A DNA stretch of 59,284 nt from Planctomycetota bacterium (GTDB taxonomy: Bacteria; Planctomycetota; SZUA-567; H5-PLA8). The notes beneath the pieces are model-generated. The model did not search any database. It saw only the letters and a list, made by a program, of their open reading frames with translations, and was not told the origin of the DNA. The translations under genes were made by a program, and so were the position numbers. Each line of letters opens with the position of its first letter. Position 1 is the stretch's first letter. Below, piece by piece: positions 19,179 through 28,210 of this stretch. The stretch covers positions 1 to 59,284 of the forward strand of contig BTVV01000031.1 in assembly GCA_045863855.1 (NCBI GenBank), read 5' to 3'.

Positions 19179-19243
19179 GGTAATGCTGATTGCCTGTCGT
19201 CCGAGTCGACAAGGGGATAAGCGAGAAATCACGCGCAAGCGCT

Positions 19244-19540
19244 TCAAGATTCGCCGCCAGCGGATTGGGCCTTGTTTCCGGCGACTTTGGGCAAGATGCG
19301 GGAGAGGCGGTATTCGCGGAGCATGTGGACGGGAACGAGGTGCCCGCGCGGGGTGAGCATGCAGTTGCCGAAGACGCGGTAGGGCGCCGACTGCATCGCG
19401 CGTTCGACGGCGTGCGGTTGCTTGCGGTTGGGGACGATGTTGTAGATGCGCCACTTTTCGGGTTGGCAGAGCGCACAGTCTTCAAGCTCTTCGTGGATGG
19501 AAGTCTGGATCGACTTGCGGCAACGGCGGCACGAAATCAT
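19244..19540 (-). CDS. Small hypothetical protein with two CxxC pairs
   Basis: MISCRRCRK...DCALC; host-like codon usage; GGAG upstream. Confidence 0.6.
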   Translation of the reverse strand: MISCRRCRKSIQTSIHEELEDCALCQPEKWRIYNIVPNRKQPHAVERAMQSAPYRVFGNCMLTPRGHLVPVHMLREYRLSRILPKVAGNKAQSAGGES

Positions 19541-19702
19541 GGCTTGGACTCCCGATACAATAGCTTCCCGACGGCCGTTCATACGCTGCGTGTCGATACC
19601 GTCCGACTCATAGGTGCATCGCCGCCTGCTTATACATACGGAATCAAAGCACAGACCGTTCGGAATGCATAAATTTTTATGAAAAAAAGACCAACAAAAT
19701 CA

Positions 19703-19737
19703 TCCCCCCTTACCCTCCCTTGAACCAAGCGGAGGGA
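19703..19737. repeat. REP-like hairpin
   Basis: CCCTCCCTTG..CAAG-CGGAGGG, similar to the 142-160 hairpin. Confidence 0.5.
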
Positions 19738-19805
19738 TACGGCCCGCCCCCCGTGGAGGCGTTCTCGGCTTGCGGCTCGCGGCGGCCCGGTAGGATGCGC
19801 GCGCT

Positions 19806-20927
19806 ATGGACCTTGCACCGAAAGACCTCGCGCGCCTGCGGCGGCGCTTGCTGGAGTGGTACGAACGGCACCGCCGAGATCTGCCGTGGCGGCGCGAGCC
19901 GACGCTGTATCGGGTGCTGCTGAGCGAGTTCATGCTGCAGCAGACGCGGGTCGACCAGGCGCTCCCGTACTACCACCGCTTCCTCGCGGCCTTCCCCACC
20001 CTGCGCGCGCTGGCCGAGGCGGATCTGGGCGCGGTGATGAAGCTGTGGGAAGGTCTGGGCTATTACCGGCGCGCAAAGTTCCTGCACGCGGCCGCGCGGC
20101 ATTTGGCTCCGATCGCCCAGCCTGGCGTGGAAGATCTGGACGCGTGCCCGGGGATCGGGCCGTATACGAAAGCGGCGATCGGGAGCATCGTCTGGGGCGC
20201 TCCGCTGGCCGTGGTGGACGGGAACGTGAACCGCGTTTTCGCGCGGCTGACGGCGCTGGCGATTCCGCCGGCGGGAAGCGCCGGGAAGAAGCAGGTTCAG
20301 GCGCTGGCCGACCGGCTGCTGGCGGTGGAGCGTTCGGGCGATTGGAACCAGGCGGTGATGGAACTGGGCGCGACGGTCTGTTCGCCGCGCGCGCCGCAGT
20401 GCCTGATCTGCCCGCTGGAAGCGTTCTGCGCGGCGCGCAAAGCGGGGCAGCCGGAAGCTTTTCCGATCGTCGAAGCCAAGGCGCCGCGCCCGCACAAGCA
20501 GATCGCCGCGGCGATCATCCGCCGCGGCGACGGGAAGATCCTGATCGCGCAGCGCATGAGCGGCGGCCTGTTGGGCGACCTGTGGGAGTTCCCCGGCGGC
20601 AAGCAGAAGTCCGGAGAGCCGCTGGCCGAGACCTGCGCGCGCGAGGTGAAGGAAGAGCTGGGCATCGAGGTGGATGTAGGCGCGGAAGTGTACGCGATCG
20701 AGCACGGGTACAGCCATTTCACGATCACGCTGCATGTATTCGAGTGCGTGTACCGGCGCGGAAAGCCTCGGACGCTGGGCTGCCAGGCGTTCCGATGGGT
20801 GGCTCAGCGCGAGCTGAAAGCGTTCCCGTTCCCGCGGGCGAACCAGGAGATTATCGCCCGGCTGAGCGACGGGAACGTCCGGAAGGGCCAGCCCGGGAAA
20901 AAGGGGGTAAAACGGGCGGCGAAATGA
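19806..20927 (+). CDS. mutY: A/G-specific adenine glycosylase with an intact C-terminal Nudix (MutT) domain
   Basis: RDLPWR, SEFMLQQT, WEGLGYY, VDGNV, C-x6-C-x2-C-x5-C cluster motif; complete Nudix box. Confidence 0.95.
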   Translation: MDLAPKDLARLRRRLLEWYERHRRDLPWRREPTLYRVLLSEFMLQQTRVDQALPYYHRFLAAFPTLRALAEADLGAVMKLWEGLGYYRRAKFLHAAARHLAPIAQPGVEDLDACPGIGPYTKAAIGSIVWGAPLAVVDGNVNRVFARLTALAIPPAGSAGKKQVQALADRLLAVERSGDWNQAVMELGATVCSPRAPQCLICPLEAFCAARKAGQPEAFPIVEAKAPRPHKQIAAAIIRRGDGKILIAQRMSGGLLGDLWEFPGGKQKSGEPLAETCAREVKEELGIEVDVGAEVYAIEHGYSHFTITLHVFECVYRRGKPRTLGCQAFRWVAQRELKAFPFPRANQEIIARLSDGNVRKGQPGKKGVKRAAK

Positions 20928-21041
20928 GGGACGCGTCCGCTGCCGCGCGGAGAAATAGGCCGTCACTTTAGCGTTGCTTTTCGGACCGAAGCGTGTAAAG
21001 TCCTGCGCGTAAGTCTCCTACCGAGTGTGCCCCGCGTACTT

Positions 21042-21197
21042 CGCACGAGACTCCAAAGCATGAATGGATTTCATGCATGGCCGCCAAGTCGGGCGGCGGT
21101 TGTGCGTCGTTGCGCCGGTGTCGGCGGAAACGCATGACACAGGCGGCGCTCCCAGCTATCCGGACGTCGGCCTTGCAGTACCCTCGGATTGCAGGAG
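21042..21197 (+). promoter_or_regulatory. Structured 5' leader of the DEAD-box helicase (candidate cis-regulatory RNA)
   Basis: Three-way junction, GAAA-capped hairpin and SD-overlapping hairpin paired by eye; family not recognised. Confidence 0.45.
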
Positions 21198-21207
21198 TTC
21201 CCCGTAC

Positions 21208-22497
21208 ATGTCTTTCGAAGCGTTCGGTCTTCACCCCAGCGTGATGCAGGGCGTGAAGGATCTCGGTTTTAGTCAGCCTTCCCCCATTCAATCGCAAGCG
21301 CTGCCGCCCGGCCTGGCCGGCCAGGATCTGCTGGCGTGCGCGGCCACCGGGAGCGGCAAGACGGCGGCGTTCGTGCTGCCGATCCTTAACCGGCTGATCT
21401 CGATGCCGCGCGGCAAGACGCGCGCGCTGATCGTGACGCCGACGCGCGAACTGGCGCATCAGATCGACGAGCAGGTCAAGGCGCTGGGCCGGCACACGGG
21501 CGTGCGCTGCGCGACGATTTACGGCGGCGTGGGCTTCGAGCCGCAGCGGCAGGCGTTCCACCGCGGGATCGACGTGATCGTCGCGACGCCCGGGCGGCTG
21601 CTGGACCATCTGCGCCAGCCGTACGGGAAGCTGGATAACGTCGAACTGCTGGTGCTGGACGAAGCGGACCGCATGCTGGACATGGGCTTCCTGCCGGATA
21701 TTCAGCGCATCCTGGCGCGGCTGACGAAGCCGAAGCAGTCGTTCCTGTTCTCTGCGACGATGCCGCCGGACATGCAGCGGCTGGCGCGCGAGTTGCTGCG
21801 TTCGCCGTTCACGATCAACCTCGAGCGCCAAGGGCGCCCGGCGGCGAAGATCGAGCAGCGCTTGTACGAGATTCATCAGACGCAGAAGCCCGCGCTGCTG
21901 CTCTCGCTGGCTCAGGCCGGCAAGATCAAGAGCGCGCTGGTCTTCACGCGCACGAAGCGCCGCGCCGACCGCGTGGCGGAGTTCCTGCAGCGCAACGGCG
22001 TGGCTTCGGAGCGTATCCACGGCGACCGCAGCCAGGGTCAGCGCACGCAGGCGCTGGAGAGCTTCAAGCGCGGTAAGTACAAGATCCTGGTCGCCACCGA
22101 CGTGGCGGCGCGCGGAATCGACGTGCAGGCTCTGAGCCACGTGATCAACTACGACATGCCCGGTTCGACGGACGATTACATTCACCGCGTGGGCCGCACG
22201 GCGCGGGCCGAAGCCACCGGCGAGGCGTATACGTTCGTGACGCCGGAAGACCACGGCGAAGTGCGGGCGCTGGAACGGCGGCTGAACGTGCGCTTGCCGC
22301 GCGCGGAAGCGTCGGAGATGGAGAACCTGCCGGCGGCCGTCGCGGCGCCGGCGCATGCGGAAGTACGCCCGTGGCAGGGCGGCGAGAAGCGCAGCGGTCC
22401 TTGGAACAAGCGTCCGGGCCGTCCGGCGTTCGGGAAGCCGCAGAAGCGCGGGAACGTGGGCTACGCGTTTTCGCGGCGGTCTTCGCAGGGGCGTTAG
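21208..22497 (+). CDS. DEAD-box RNA helicase (RhlE-like)
   Basis: Q motif, ATGSGKT, PTRELA, TPGRL, DEAD, SAT, ARGID, HRVGRTAR; CAGGAG SD before ATG 21208. Confidence 0.95.
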   Translation: MSFEAFGLHPSVMQGVKDLGFSQPSPIQSQALPPGLAGQDLLACAATGSGKTAAFVLPILNRLISMPRGKTRALIVTPTRELAHQIDEQVKALGRHTGVRCATIYGGVGFEPQRQAFHRGIDVIVATPGRLLDHLRQPYGKLDNVELLVLDEADRMLDMGFLPDIQRILARLTKPKQSFLFSATMPPDMQRLARELLRSPFTINLERQGRPAAKIEQRLYEIHQTQKPALLLSLAQAGKIKSALVFTRTKRRADRVAEFLQRNGVASERIHGDRSQGQRTQALESFKRGKYKILVATDVAARGIDVQALSHVINYDMPGSTDDYIHRVGRTARAEATGEAYTFVTPEDHGEVRALERRLNVRLPRAEASEMENLPAAVAAPAHAEVRPWQGGEKRSGPWNKRPGRPAFGKPQKRGNVGYAFSRRSSQGR

Positions 22498-22520
22498 GCG
22501 GGCGGAAGAGATGAGAAGCG

Positions 22521-22562
22521 AAAACGGCGGAAGCGCTACGCGCGCTTCCGCCGTTTTTTTAT
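22521..22562. terminator. Intrinsic terminator, probably bidirectional
   Basis: AAAACGGCGGAAGCGC / GCGCTTCCGCCGTTTT stem with T-tract, between convergent genes. Confidence 0.9.
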
Positions 22563-22608
22563 TCGCCGTCACCGATCGCCGTTTAGCGACGACCGTTCAC
22601 CGGCCGGA

Positions 22609-23349
22609 TTACGCCAGGTTCTCGTAGAAGTCGATCGGGCGCACCCAAATATTGCGGAAGCGGACGAGGTCGCCGTGGTCTTGCAGGCGCAGCGGGCCGG
22701 TGTTGGCGTGCGGCGCATAGCCGGCGAGGCGTTTGTGCTGCGTGGGGCCTTGCAGCGCCTTGTGGTAATGCAGGATCACCCCGTTGAGGATTACCGTCAC
22801 GTAGGCGGGGCTGATCAGGCGCGAGCCGTCGAAGCGCGGCGCGACCCATACGATGTCGTAGGTCTGCCAGGCGCCGGGCGCACGGCAGGCGTTCACTTGC
22901 GGCGGGTACTGGCCGTAGATGCCGCCGGTGGTGCCGTCGGGGTACGTCTGGTTCCGGTAGCAGTCGAGGACCTGGATCTCGTAGCAGCCCATCAGGAAGA
23001 CGCCGCTGTTGCCGCGCCCCTGCCCTTCGCCCTTGATCTCCGGTTCGCGGAATTCGAGGTGCAGCTGCATGTCGCCGTAGGCTTGCTTGGTCCAGATGTC
23101 GCCGGTCTTGGGAACGACTTCCATGTAGCCGTTCTCGACCTTCCATTGCGCGGCGGCGCCGTCCTTGTTCTTCCAGCCGTCGAGGCTCTTGCCGTCGAAG
23201 AGGACGATCGCGTCGCTGGGCGGCTTGCCGGGCGCGTCCTGGCTGAAGGGCGTGCCGGGATCGACCACCGGGGGCTGCGGGCGGCGCCCGTCGTGGACGG
23301 TCCACTTTCCGCCGGGCAAAAGAGGGGTGTCTTCGTAACCGAGGGCCAT
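22609..23349 (-). CDS. DUF1080 (3-keto-glycoside-processing family) protein
   Basis: PPSDAIVLFDG, GRGNSGVF, YEIQVLD, WQTYDI and LQDHGDLVRFRNIW motifs. Confidence 0.93.
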   Translation of the reverse strand: MALGYEDTPLLPGGKWTVHDGRRPQPPVVDPGTPFSQDAPGKPPSDAIVLFDGKSLDGWKNKDGAAAQWKVENGYMEVVPKTGDIWTKQAYGDMQLHLEFREPEIKGEGQGRGNSGVFLMGCYEIQVLDCYRNQTYPDGTTGGIYGQYPPQVNACRAPGAWQTYDIVWVAPRFDGSRLISPAYVTVILNGVILHYHKALQGPTQHKRLAGYAPHANTGPLRLQDHGDLVRFRNIWVRPIDFYENLA

Positions 23350-23371
23350 CGTGTGAACTCCCTATCGCTCC

Positions 23372-23400
23372 AAAAAAGCAGGGGCGGTACCGCCGCCCCT
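23372..23400 (-). terminator. Probable intrinsic terminator
   Basis: AGGGGCGG / CCGCCCCT stem followed by a T6 tract on the minus strand. Confidence 0.6.
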
Positions 23401-23498
23401 GGGTGCTTCGCGTGTGTATGCGGCTTGCGCAGTTTCGCGCGAGCTTTGCGGCGTGCAAGTACGAAGCCGAGTATGGGCTCGCCGCTGACGGCAACGGC

Positions 23499-24509
23499 TT
23501 ACAGCTCGCTGAGCTTCACTTCGCGGCCGCCTTCTTGAGCGCTCTTGAGCGCCGCGAAGACCATGCCCACCGACTTGAGGTTATCCTCGGCATTGCACTC
23601 GGGCTGGCGCTTGGCTTTGAGCGCGTCGAGAAAGTCGGCGAGGAGCACCTTGGGGCCGCCGGTGCCTTTCTCGTCGAGCGCGATCTCGTCGCGGATCTGC
23701 GGGTTCTGCTTGTGCTTGAGCGTGTGGAAGAGCTTGGAGCCTTCCCACGTGAGGGTGCCCTTCGGCCCGTCGTAGCGCCATTCGCCGTTATGCCCGGCGG
23801 GGACGTGGCCCATCGTACAGCCGATGCCGCGGTGCGTGGCGATCACGCCGTTGGCCATCTTGAAGATGATGATCTGGCAGGCATCGCCCTGGTGCCAGCC
23901 CCACGGAAGATTCCAGGTGAAGGCGCGGGCGCTGACGCAATCGGTGCCCAGCGTGTAGCGCATCATGTCGAAGTGGTGGATGCCCATATCGGTGAGGAAC
24001 ATGTAGGGCTCTTTGACGTAATGGCTGCCCGGGGCGTCGGCCCAATCCACGTAGAGACTCACATCGAGCTGGCCGACGGGTCCGACGCGGCCTTCGTCGA
24101 GGAGGCGCTTGGTCGTGCGCGGAAGTCCGGCCCAGCGGTAGTTCTGGGTGATCATGTGCTTCACGCCTGCGCGCTTGCCGGCCGCGACCACCTCGCGGGC
24201 GATCTCGTACTTGTCGCTGAGCGGCTTTTCGCCGAGCAGGTGCAGCCCGTTCTCGAACGCCGTGTGCGCGACCTTGTGGTGGACGGCCGGCGGCGTCACG
24301 TCGACGACGAAATCGGCCTTCACCTTTTTGACGGCCGTGTTGAGGTCGTCGAAGAGGATGCTTTCGGAGACGCCGAAATCCTTAACGGCGCGCGCTTTGT
24401 TCTCGGCCATCGGTTCGACGCAGGCGACGACCTCGCACTCGGGGTTCTCCTTGAGGTCCTTGAGCCAGCCCCGCCCGCGCCCGCCCAGCCCGACCAGAAT
24501 CGCTTTCAT
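23499..24509 (-). CDS. Gfo/Idh/MocA oxidoreductase
   Basis: VGLGGRG, EKPL, QNYR and DMGIHHFD motifs. Confidence 0.92.
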   Translation of the reverse strand: MKAILVGLGGRGRGWLKDLKENPECEVVACVEPMAENKARAVKDFGVSESILFDDLNTAVKKVKADFVVDVTPPAVHHKVAHTAFENGLHLLGEKPLSDKYEIAREVVAAGKRAGVKHMITQNYRWAGLPRTTKRLLDEGRVGPVGQLDVSLYVDWADAPGSHYVKEPYMFLTDMGIHHFDMMRYTLGTDCVSARAFTWNLPWGWHQGDACQIIIFKMANGVIATHRGIGCTMGHVPAGHNGEWRYDGPKGTLTWEGSKLFHTLKHKQNPQIRDEIALDEKGTGGPKVLLADFLDALKAKRQPECNAEDNLKSVGMVFAALKSAQEGGREVKLSEL

Positions 24510-24530
24510 GGTTTGTTCCTTTTCGGTTGA

Positions 24531-24711
24531 TTTCACCACGGAGAGCACAGAGCACACAGAGAACGCACAAGGCGGAATCAGGGGAACGGCTCAGAACCGC
24601 ATCGCTTGAAAATGCCGCGTACGGTGAGCGAAATTACGCTTCGCATTCCGTGCCGTTCCCCAGACTCGGTCGTTGCCTTTCTCTGTGTGCTCTGTGTCCT
24701 CCGTGGTGAAA
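24531..24711. repeat. 33-bp inverted REP pair bracketing a 115-bp spacer
   Basis: TTTCACCACGGAGAGCACAGAGCACACAGAGAA (24531-24563) and its inverted copy (24679-24711), 2 mismatches. Confidence 0.85.
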
Positions 24712-24717
24712 AAGCAG

Positions 24718-25542
24718 TTAGAAGCTGTCCACTTCACGGTACGCGTCGATCAGGCGGCGCTCGCCTTCCTTGCCCAGCAGGCTGATCCCGTGCTCCATGC
24801 CCACGATTCCGGTCCAACCCTTGGAATGGATGTGCTTGAAGACGTTCTTGTAATTGATCTCGCCGGTGGTCGGCTCCTTGCGGCCCGGATTGTCGCCGAC
24901 CTGAAAGTAACCGATCTCGCTGTAGCTGGCGTCGATGTTCGGGATCAGGTTGCCTTCGGTGATCTGCTGGTGGTACAGGTCGTCGAGGATCTTGCAGCTC
25001 GGGTGATTGACGGCTTTGCATATCATGTACGACTGCGGCATTTCGGCGAGGAAGACCCGCGGGTGGTTGGCGAGACGGTTGAGCGGTTCGAGGACCATGA
25101 CGAGGCCGGACTTTTCGCAGATCTCGCAGCAGCGCTTAAGCAGATCGATGCAGTTGGCGGTCTGGTAATCCCAGGCGAGTTTGAGATCGAAGAGGCCCGG
25201 GACGACGGTGCACCACTTCGCGTTGACGCGCTTGGCGACTTCGACGGAGTCCTGCATGTCCTTCAGGACCGCGGCGCGCGCGGCTTCGTCGGTTCCGGCG
25301 AACGTGACGTTTTCGAAGGTGGCGGTGGCGACGAAGACGCCCATCTCGATCTTGAGCTTGCTCATGGTGGCCGCGATGGCTTCCTGCGTGGCCAGATCGC
25401 GCTTCTTCATGCCGTTGTCTTCCCAGGCCGTGAAGCCTTCGTCGGCGGCGAAGCGGAGTTGTTCGAGCGGATCGTCGCCCGCGTGCTGCTTGAACATCCC
25501 GAAGTGGGGCGCGTACTTGAGCTTAAACGGAGCCTTCGGCAT
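24718..25542 (-). CDS. Hydroxypyruvate isomerase / xylose isomerase-like TIM barrel protein
   Basis: YAPHFGMF, LEPLN, DLYHQQITEGNL and GDNPGRKEPTTGEINY motifs. Confidence 0.92.
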   Translation of the reverse strand: MPKAPFKLKYAPHFGMFKQHAGDDPLEQLRFAADEGFTAWEDNGMKKRDLATQEAIAATMSKLKIEMGVFVATATFENVTFAGTDEAARAAVLKDMQDSVEVAKRVNAKWCTVVPGLFDLKLAWDYQTANCIDLLKRCCEICEKSGLVMVLEPLNRLANHPRVFLAEMPQSYMICKAVNHPSCKILDDLYHQQITEGNLIPNIDASYSEIGYFQVGDNPGRKEPTTGEINYKNVFKHIHSKGWTGIVGMEHGISLLGKEGERRLIDAYREVDSF

Positions 25543-25727
25543 CGTGATCTCCCTGGACGGATGGCGCGCACCCCATGCCGGCTGGCCGCCCAGCGGCTGG
25601 CGTACGCTCGTCGTAAGTTGTTTTCTGCGCCCACAAAAACTACAGTTTGTGACTGCACGTGTAGGATACCCCCTGGAACTCCTGCTTTCTGGCTGCAATC
25701 TGTGATGCCTGATGTACAATTTGTGAC

Positions 25728-26570
25728 ATGGCCGCCCGCAAACCCCCCTCCCCCGCGCAGGAAACGCTCTGGCGCGTCCGCGCGTTCCAGTTTGGGCAGG
25801 TGGTCGAACCGAGCAGCGGATGGAGCTTCGAGAACCGCGAGCGGGGCGTCGCGGGCGTGGTGATCTTTCAGTACGCGGTCCGCGGCAAGATGTGGTATCG
25901 CGACGCGCGCGGCGAGCGCGACGTGCTGCCGGGTTGGGCGGCGCTTTTCGCGCTGGGCGAGGCGAGCGCGTACGGGATCAAGCCCGAGTATGCGGAGCCG
26001 TTCGTCACGAACCACCTTTCCTTGATGGGCGCGGGGCTGCTGGAGCACGTGAACCTGCTCCGCGCACGCTTCGGATCGGTCTTCCATCTAGGCGAAGACC
26101 ACCCGCTGGTGGAAATGATGCGTTCGCTGGCCGACCAGTCGCGTCCGCGGACGGCGGCCGACGCGGCGCTGCACGCCAGCGCCCTGTACGCCTATCTGCT
26201 GCGGCTCTACACGCATCTCGACGAACAATGGGCGCGCGAGAAACCTCCGGTGGAGCGCGCGGTGGAAGAACTGCTGCGGCATCCGCTGCACCCGTGGTCG
26301 CTGAAGGAGGTGGCCGTGCGGCACGGCTGCAGCCGGGAGCATTTGACGCGGGTCTTCGCGCAGCGCGCGGGGGCTCCGCCGGCGGAATACCTGACCCGGG
26401 CGAAGCTACGCAAAGCGTTGGAACTGCTGCGCGAAACGACGTTGCCGGTGGCGGCGGTGGCCGAGCAAAGCGGGTTTACCAACAAGCACACGCTGGCGCG
26501 TTGGGTGCGCGGCGAGACCGGCCGCGCCCCGGGGGATTATCGCCGAAAGGGCCCGCTGGCCTTGGCTTAG
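25728..26570 (+). CDS. AraC family transcriptional regulator
   Basis: C-terminal double HTH (SLKEVA..SREHLTRVF..VAAVAEQSGF..PGDYR). Confidence 0.9.
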   Translation: MAARKPPSPAQETLWRVRAFQFGQVVEPSSGWSFENRERGVAGVVIFQYAVRGKMWYRDARGERDVLPGWAALFALGEASAYGIKPEYAEPFVTNHLSLMGAGLLEHVNLLRARFGSVFHLGEDHPLVEMMRSLADQSRPRTAADAALHASALYAYLLRLYTHLDEQWAREKPPVERAVEELLRHPLHPWSLKEVAVRHGCSREHLTRVFAQRAGAPPAEYLTRAKLRKALELLRETTLPVAAVAEQSGFTNKHTLARWVRGETGRAPGDYRRKGPLALA

Positions 26571-26818
26571 CCGCCTTGGGGGTCTGAAACGAAGGGCGAC
26601 AAACAAGCCTAAACCATGTACGATAAAGGCATTACAAGTACACCCAAGGCTTTGGGGGGCGCTTTGAAGCTCCCGCGCGGGAGGCGCTCAATATTTAAGG
26701 AAATCCTATTGTCTAGGGCATTTAGGCACTTTATCTTACCGAATGATGCTTCAGGCCTAGTATCTATCCGTGGCGATGGATAGCCGGGAAGCGAAGGGTT
26801 TTGGTTGGAGGCCAGTCA

Positions 26819-27028
26819 ATGGCTCGCGGTAAGGTCAAGTGGTTCAACGATCAGAAGGGGTTCGGATTCATCACGCCCGATGGTGGCGGGAAGGATCTCT
26901 TCGTCCATTTCAGCGAGATTCAAAGCGAAGGCTTCAAGAGTCTCCAGGAGGGCCAGGCGGTCGAGTTCGAAACCGCTCAGTCCGATAAGGGTCCGAAGGC
27001 GGCCCGGGTGCGCGTCGTCGCCGGGTAA
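26819..27028 (+). CDS. csp: Cold-shock protein
   Basis: [15 protein letters not shown] (RNP1) and LFVHFS (RNP2); GGAGG SD. Confidence 0.97.
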   Translation: MARGKVKWFNDQKGFGFITPDGGGKDLFVHFSEIQSEGFKSLQEGQAVEFETAQSDKGPKAARVRVVAG

Positions 27029-27057
27029 CGCATTTCTATTTCACGGGCACTATGCCG

Positions 27058-27094
27058 AAAGCCGGCGGGGCACCCCCGCCGGCTTTTTCATTTT
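27058..27094 (+). terminator. Intrinsic terminator
   Basis: AAAGCCGGCGGGG / CCCCGCCGGCTTT stem with T-tract after csp. Confidence 0.9.
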
Positions 27095-27344
27095 CAGGCT
27101 CTGCGTTTCACGAACCTCCCCACTTTAACCGACGATCCCTTCGCGGCGAGGCTTACTCGCTATCCGCGCAGCGCTCACGCACTCGAAGCCGATCGAGCTT
27201 GGTCCCTAAGCACTGTCCCGGTCCCCTTCTTCGGCGTTTCGGGACAGAGCCTAGTCCTGGCAGCCCACCCGCCCGCTTTGCTTGTCCCGGGCGCGGGTTT
27301 AGCCGAGAATGCGGCGGCTTGCGGATCACGAAAGGAATCGAAGC

Positions 27345-28097
27345 ATGACCAACTTGAGCGGTAAGAAGGTTGTCGTCGTGGCGGGTTCGCGCGGAATCGG
27401 TGCGGCGAGCGTCGAGGCGCTGGCGGCGGCGGGCGCGGAGGTGCTCTTTACGTACCTGACCAGCCAGCAGCCCGCGGAGGAATTGGCCGCGCGCGTGGCG
27501 AAGGCCGGCGGAAAGGCGGCGTGCATGAAACTCGACGCCACCGACGAAGCGCAGTCGCGCGCCTTCGCGGGGCAAGTGAAAGAACGCCTCGGGCGCGTGG
27601 ACGTGCTCTTTAACAACGCCGGCGACATGGTGGCGCGCAAGCCGCTGCCGGAAGTCGACGCCGCGTACGTGCGTCAGGTCTTCGACTTGAACGTGCTCTC
27701 GACGATCATCGTGACGAAGGATCTGCTTCCGCTGATCCCCGCGGGCGGCGTGATCCTGAACATGACCTCGGCGGCGGCGCGCAACGGCGGCGGGCTGGGT
27801 TCGGGGATTTACGCTGCAAGCAAGGGCGCGATCCTGACGCTGACGCGGGGCTGGGCGACGGAACTGGCGCCGCGCGGCATCCGCGTGCTGGCCGTCGCGC
27901 CAGGCGTAATCGATACCGACTTCCACAAGCGGCACTCCAAACCCGAATTGCTGGCCACGGTGACGAAGACCGTTCCGGCGGGGAAGTACGGGACGCCGGA
28001 GGATGTCGCGCGCGCGGTGGTGTATCTGGCCGGCGAAGGCGGCGGCTTCATGACCGGCGTGACGATCGATATCAACGGCGGCGTGTATATGGCGTAG
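27345..28097 (+). CDS. SDR family oxidoreductase
   Basis: GSRGIG, NNAG, YAASK and VAPGVIDT motifs. Confidence 0.93.
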   Translation: MTNLSGKKVVVVAGSRGIGAASVEALAAAGAEVLFTYLTSQQPAEELAARVAKAGGKAACMKLDATDEAQSRAFAGQVKERLGRVDVLFNNAGDMVARKPLPEVDAAYVRQVFDLNVLSTIIVTKDLLPLIPAGGVILNMTSAAARNGGGLGSGIYAASKGAILTLTRGWATELAPRGIRVLAVAPGVIDTDFHKRHSKPELLATVTKTVPAGKYGTPEDVARAVVYLAGEGGGFMTGVTIDINGGVYMA

Positions 28098-28102
28098 GGC
28101 CG

Positions 28103-28134
28103 TTTTCACCGCGGAGGCGCAGAGCGCGCGGAAA
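28103..28134 (+). repeat. REP related to the 24531 element
   Basis: TTTCACCGCGGAGGCGCAGAGCGCGCGGA resembles TTTCACCACGGAGAGCACAGAGCACACAGA. Confidence 0.55.
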
Positions 28135-28210
28135 TAGGCACGGCTATACGGGGAACGGCGCACCGAAAGCCCGGCATAAGCAGGGCGATCGGCGCGACTT
28201 CGGCGGCGCG

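Noticed and set aside
18330..19240. Integron cassette
   Set aside because: No attC-like RYYYAAC..GTTRRRY bracket recognised and no intI.
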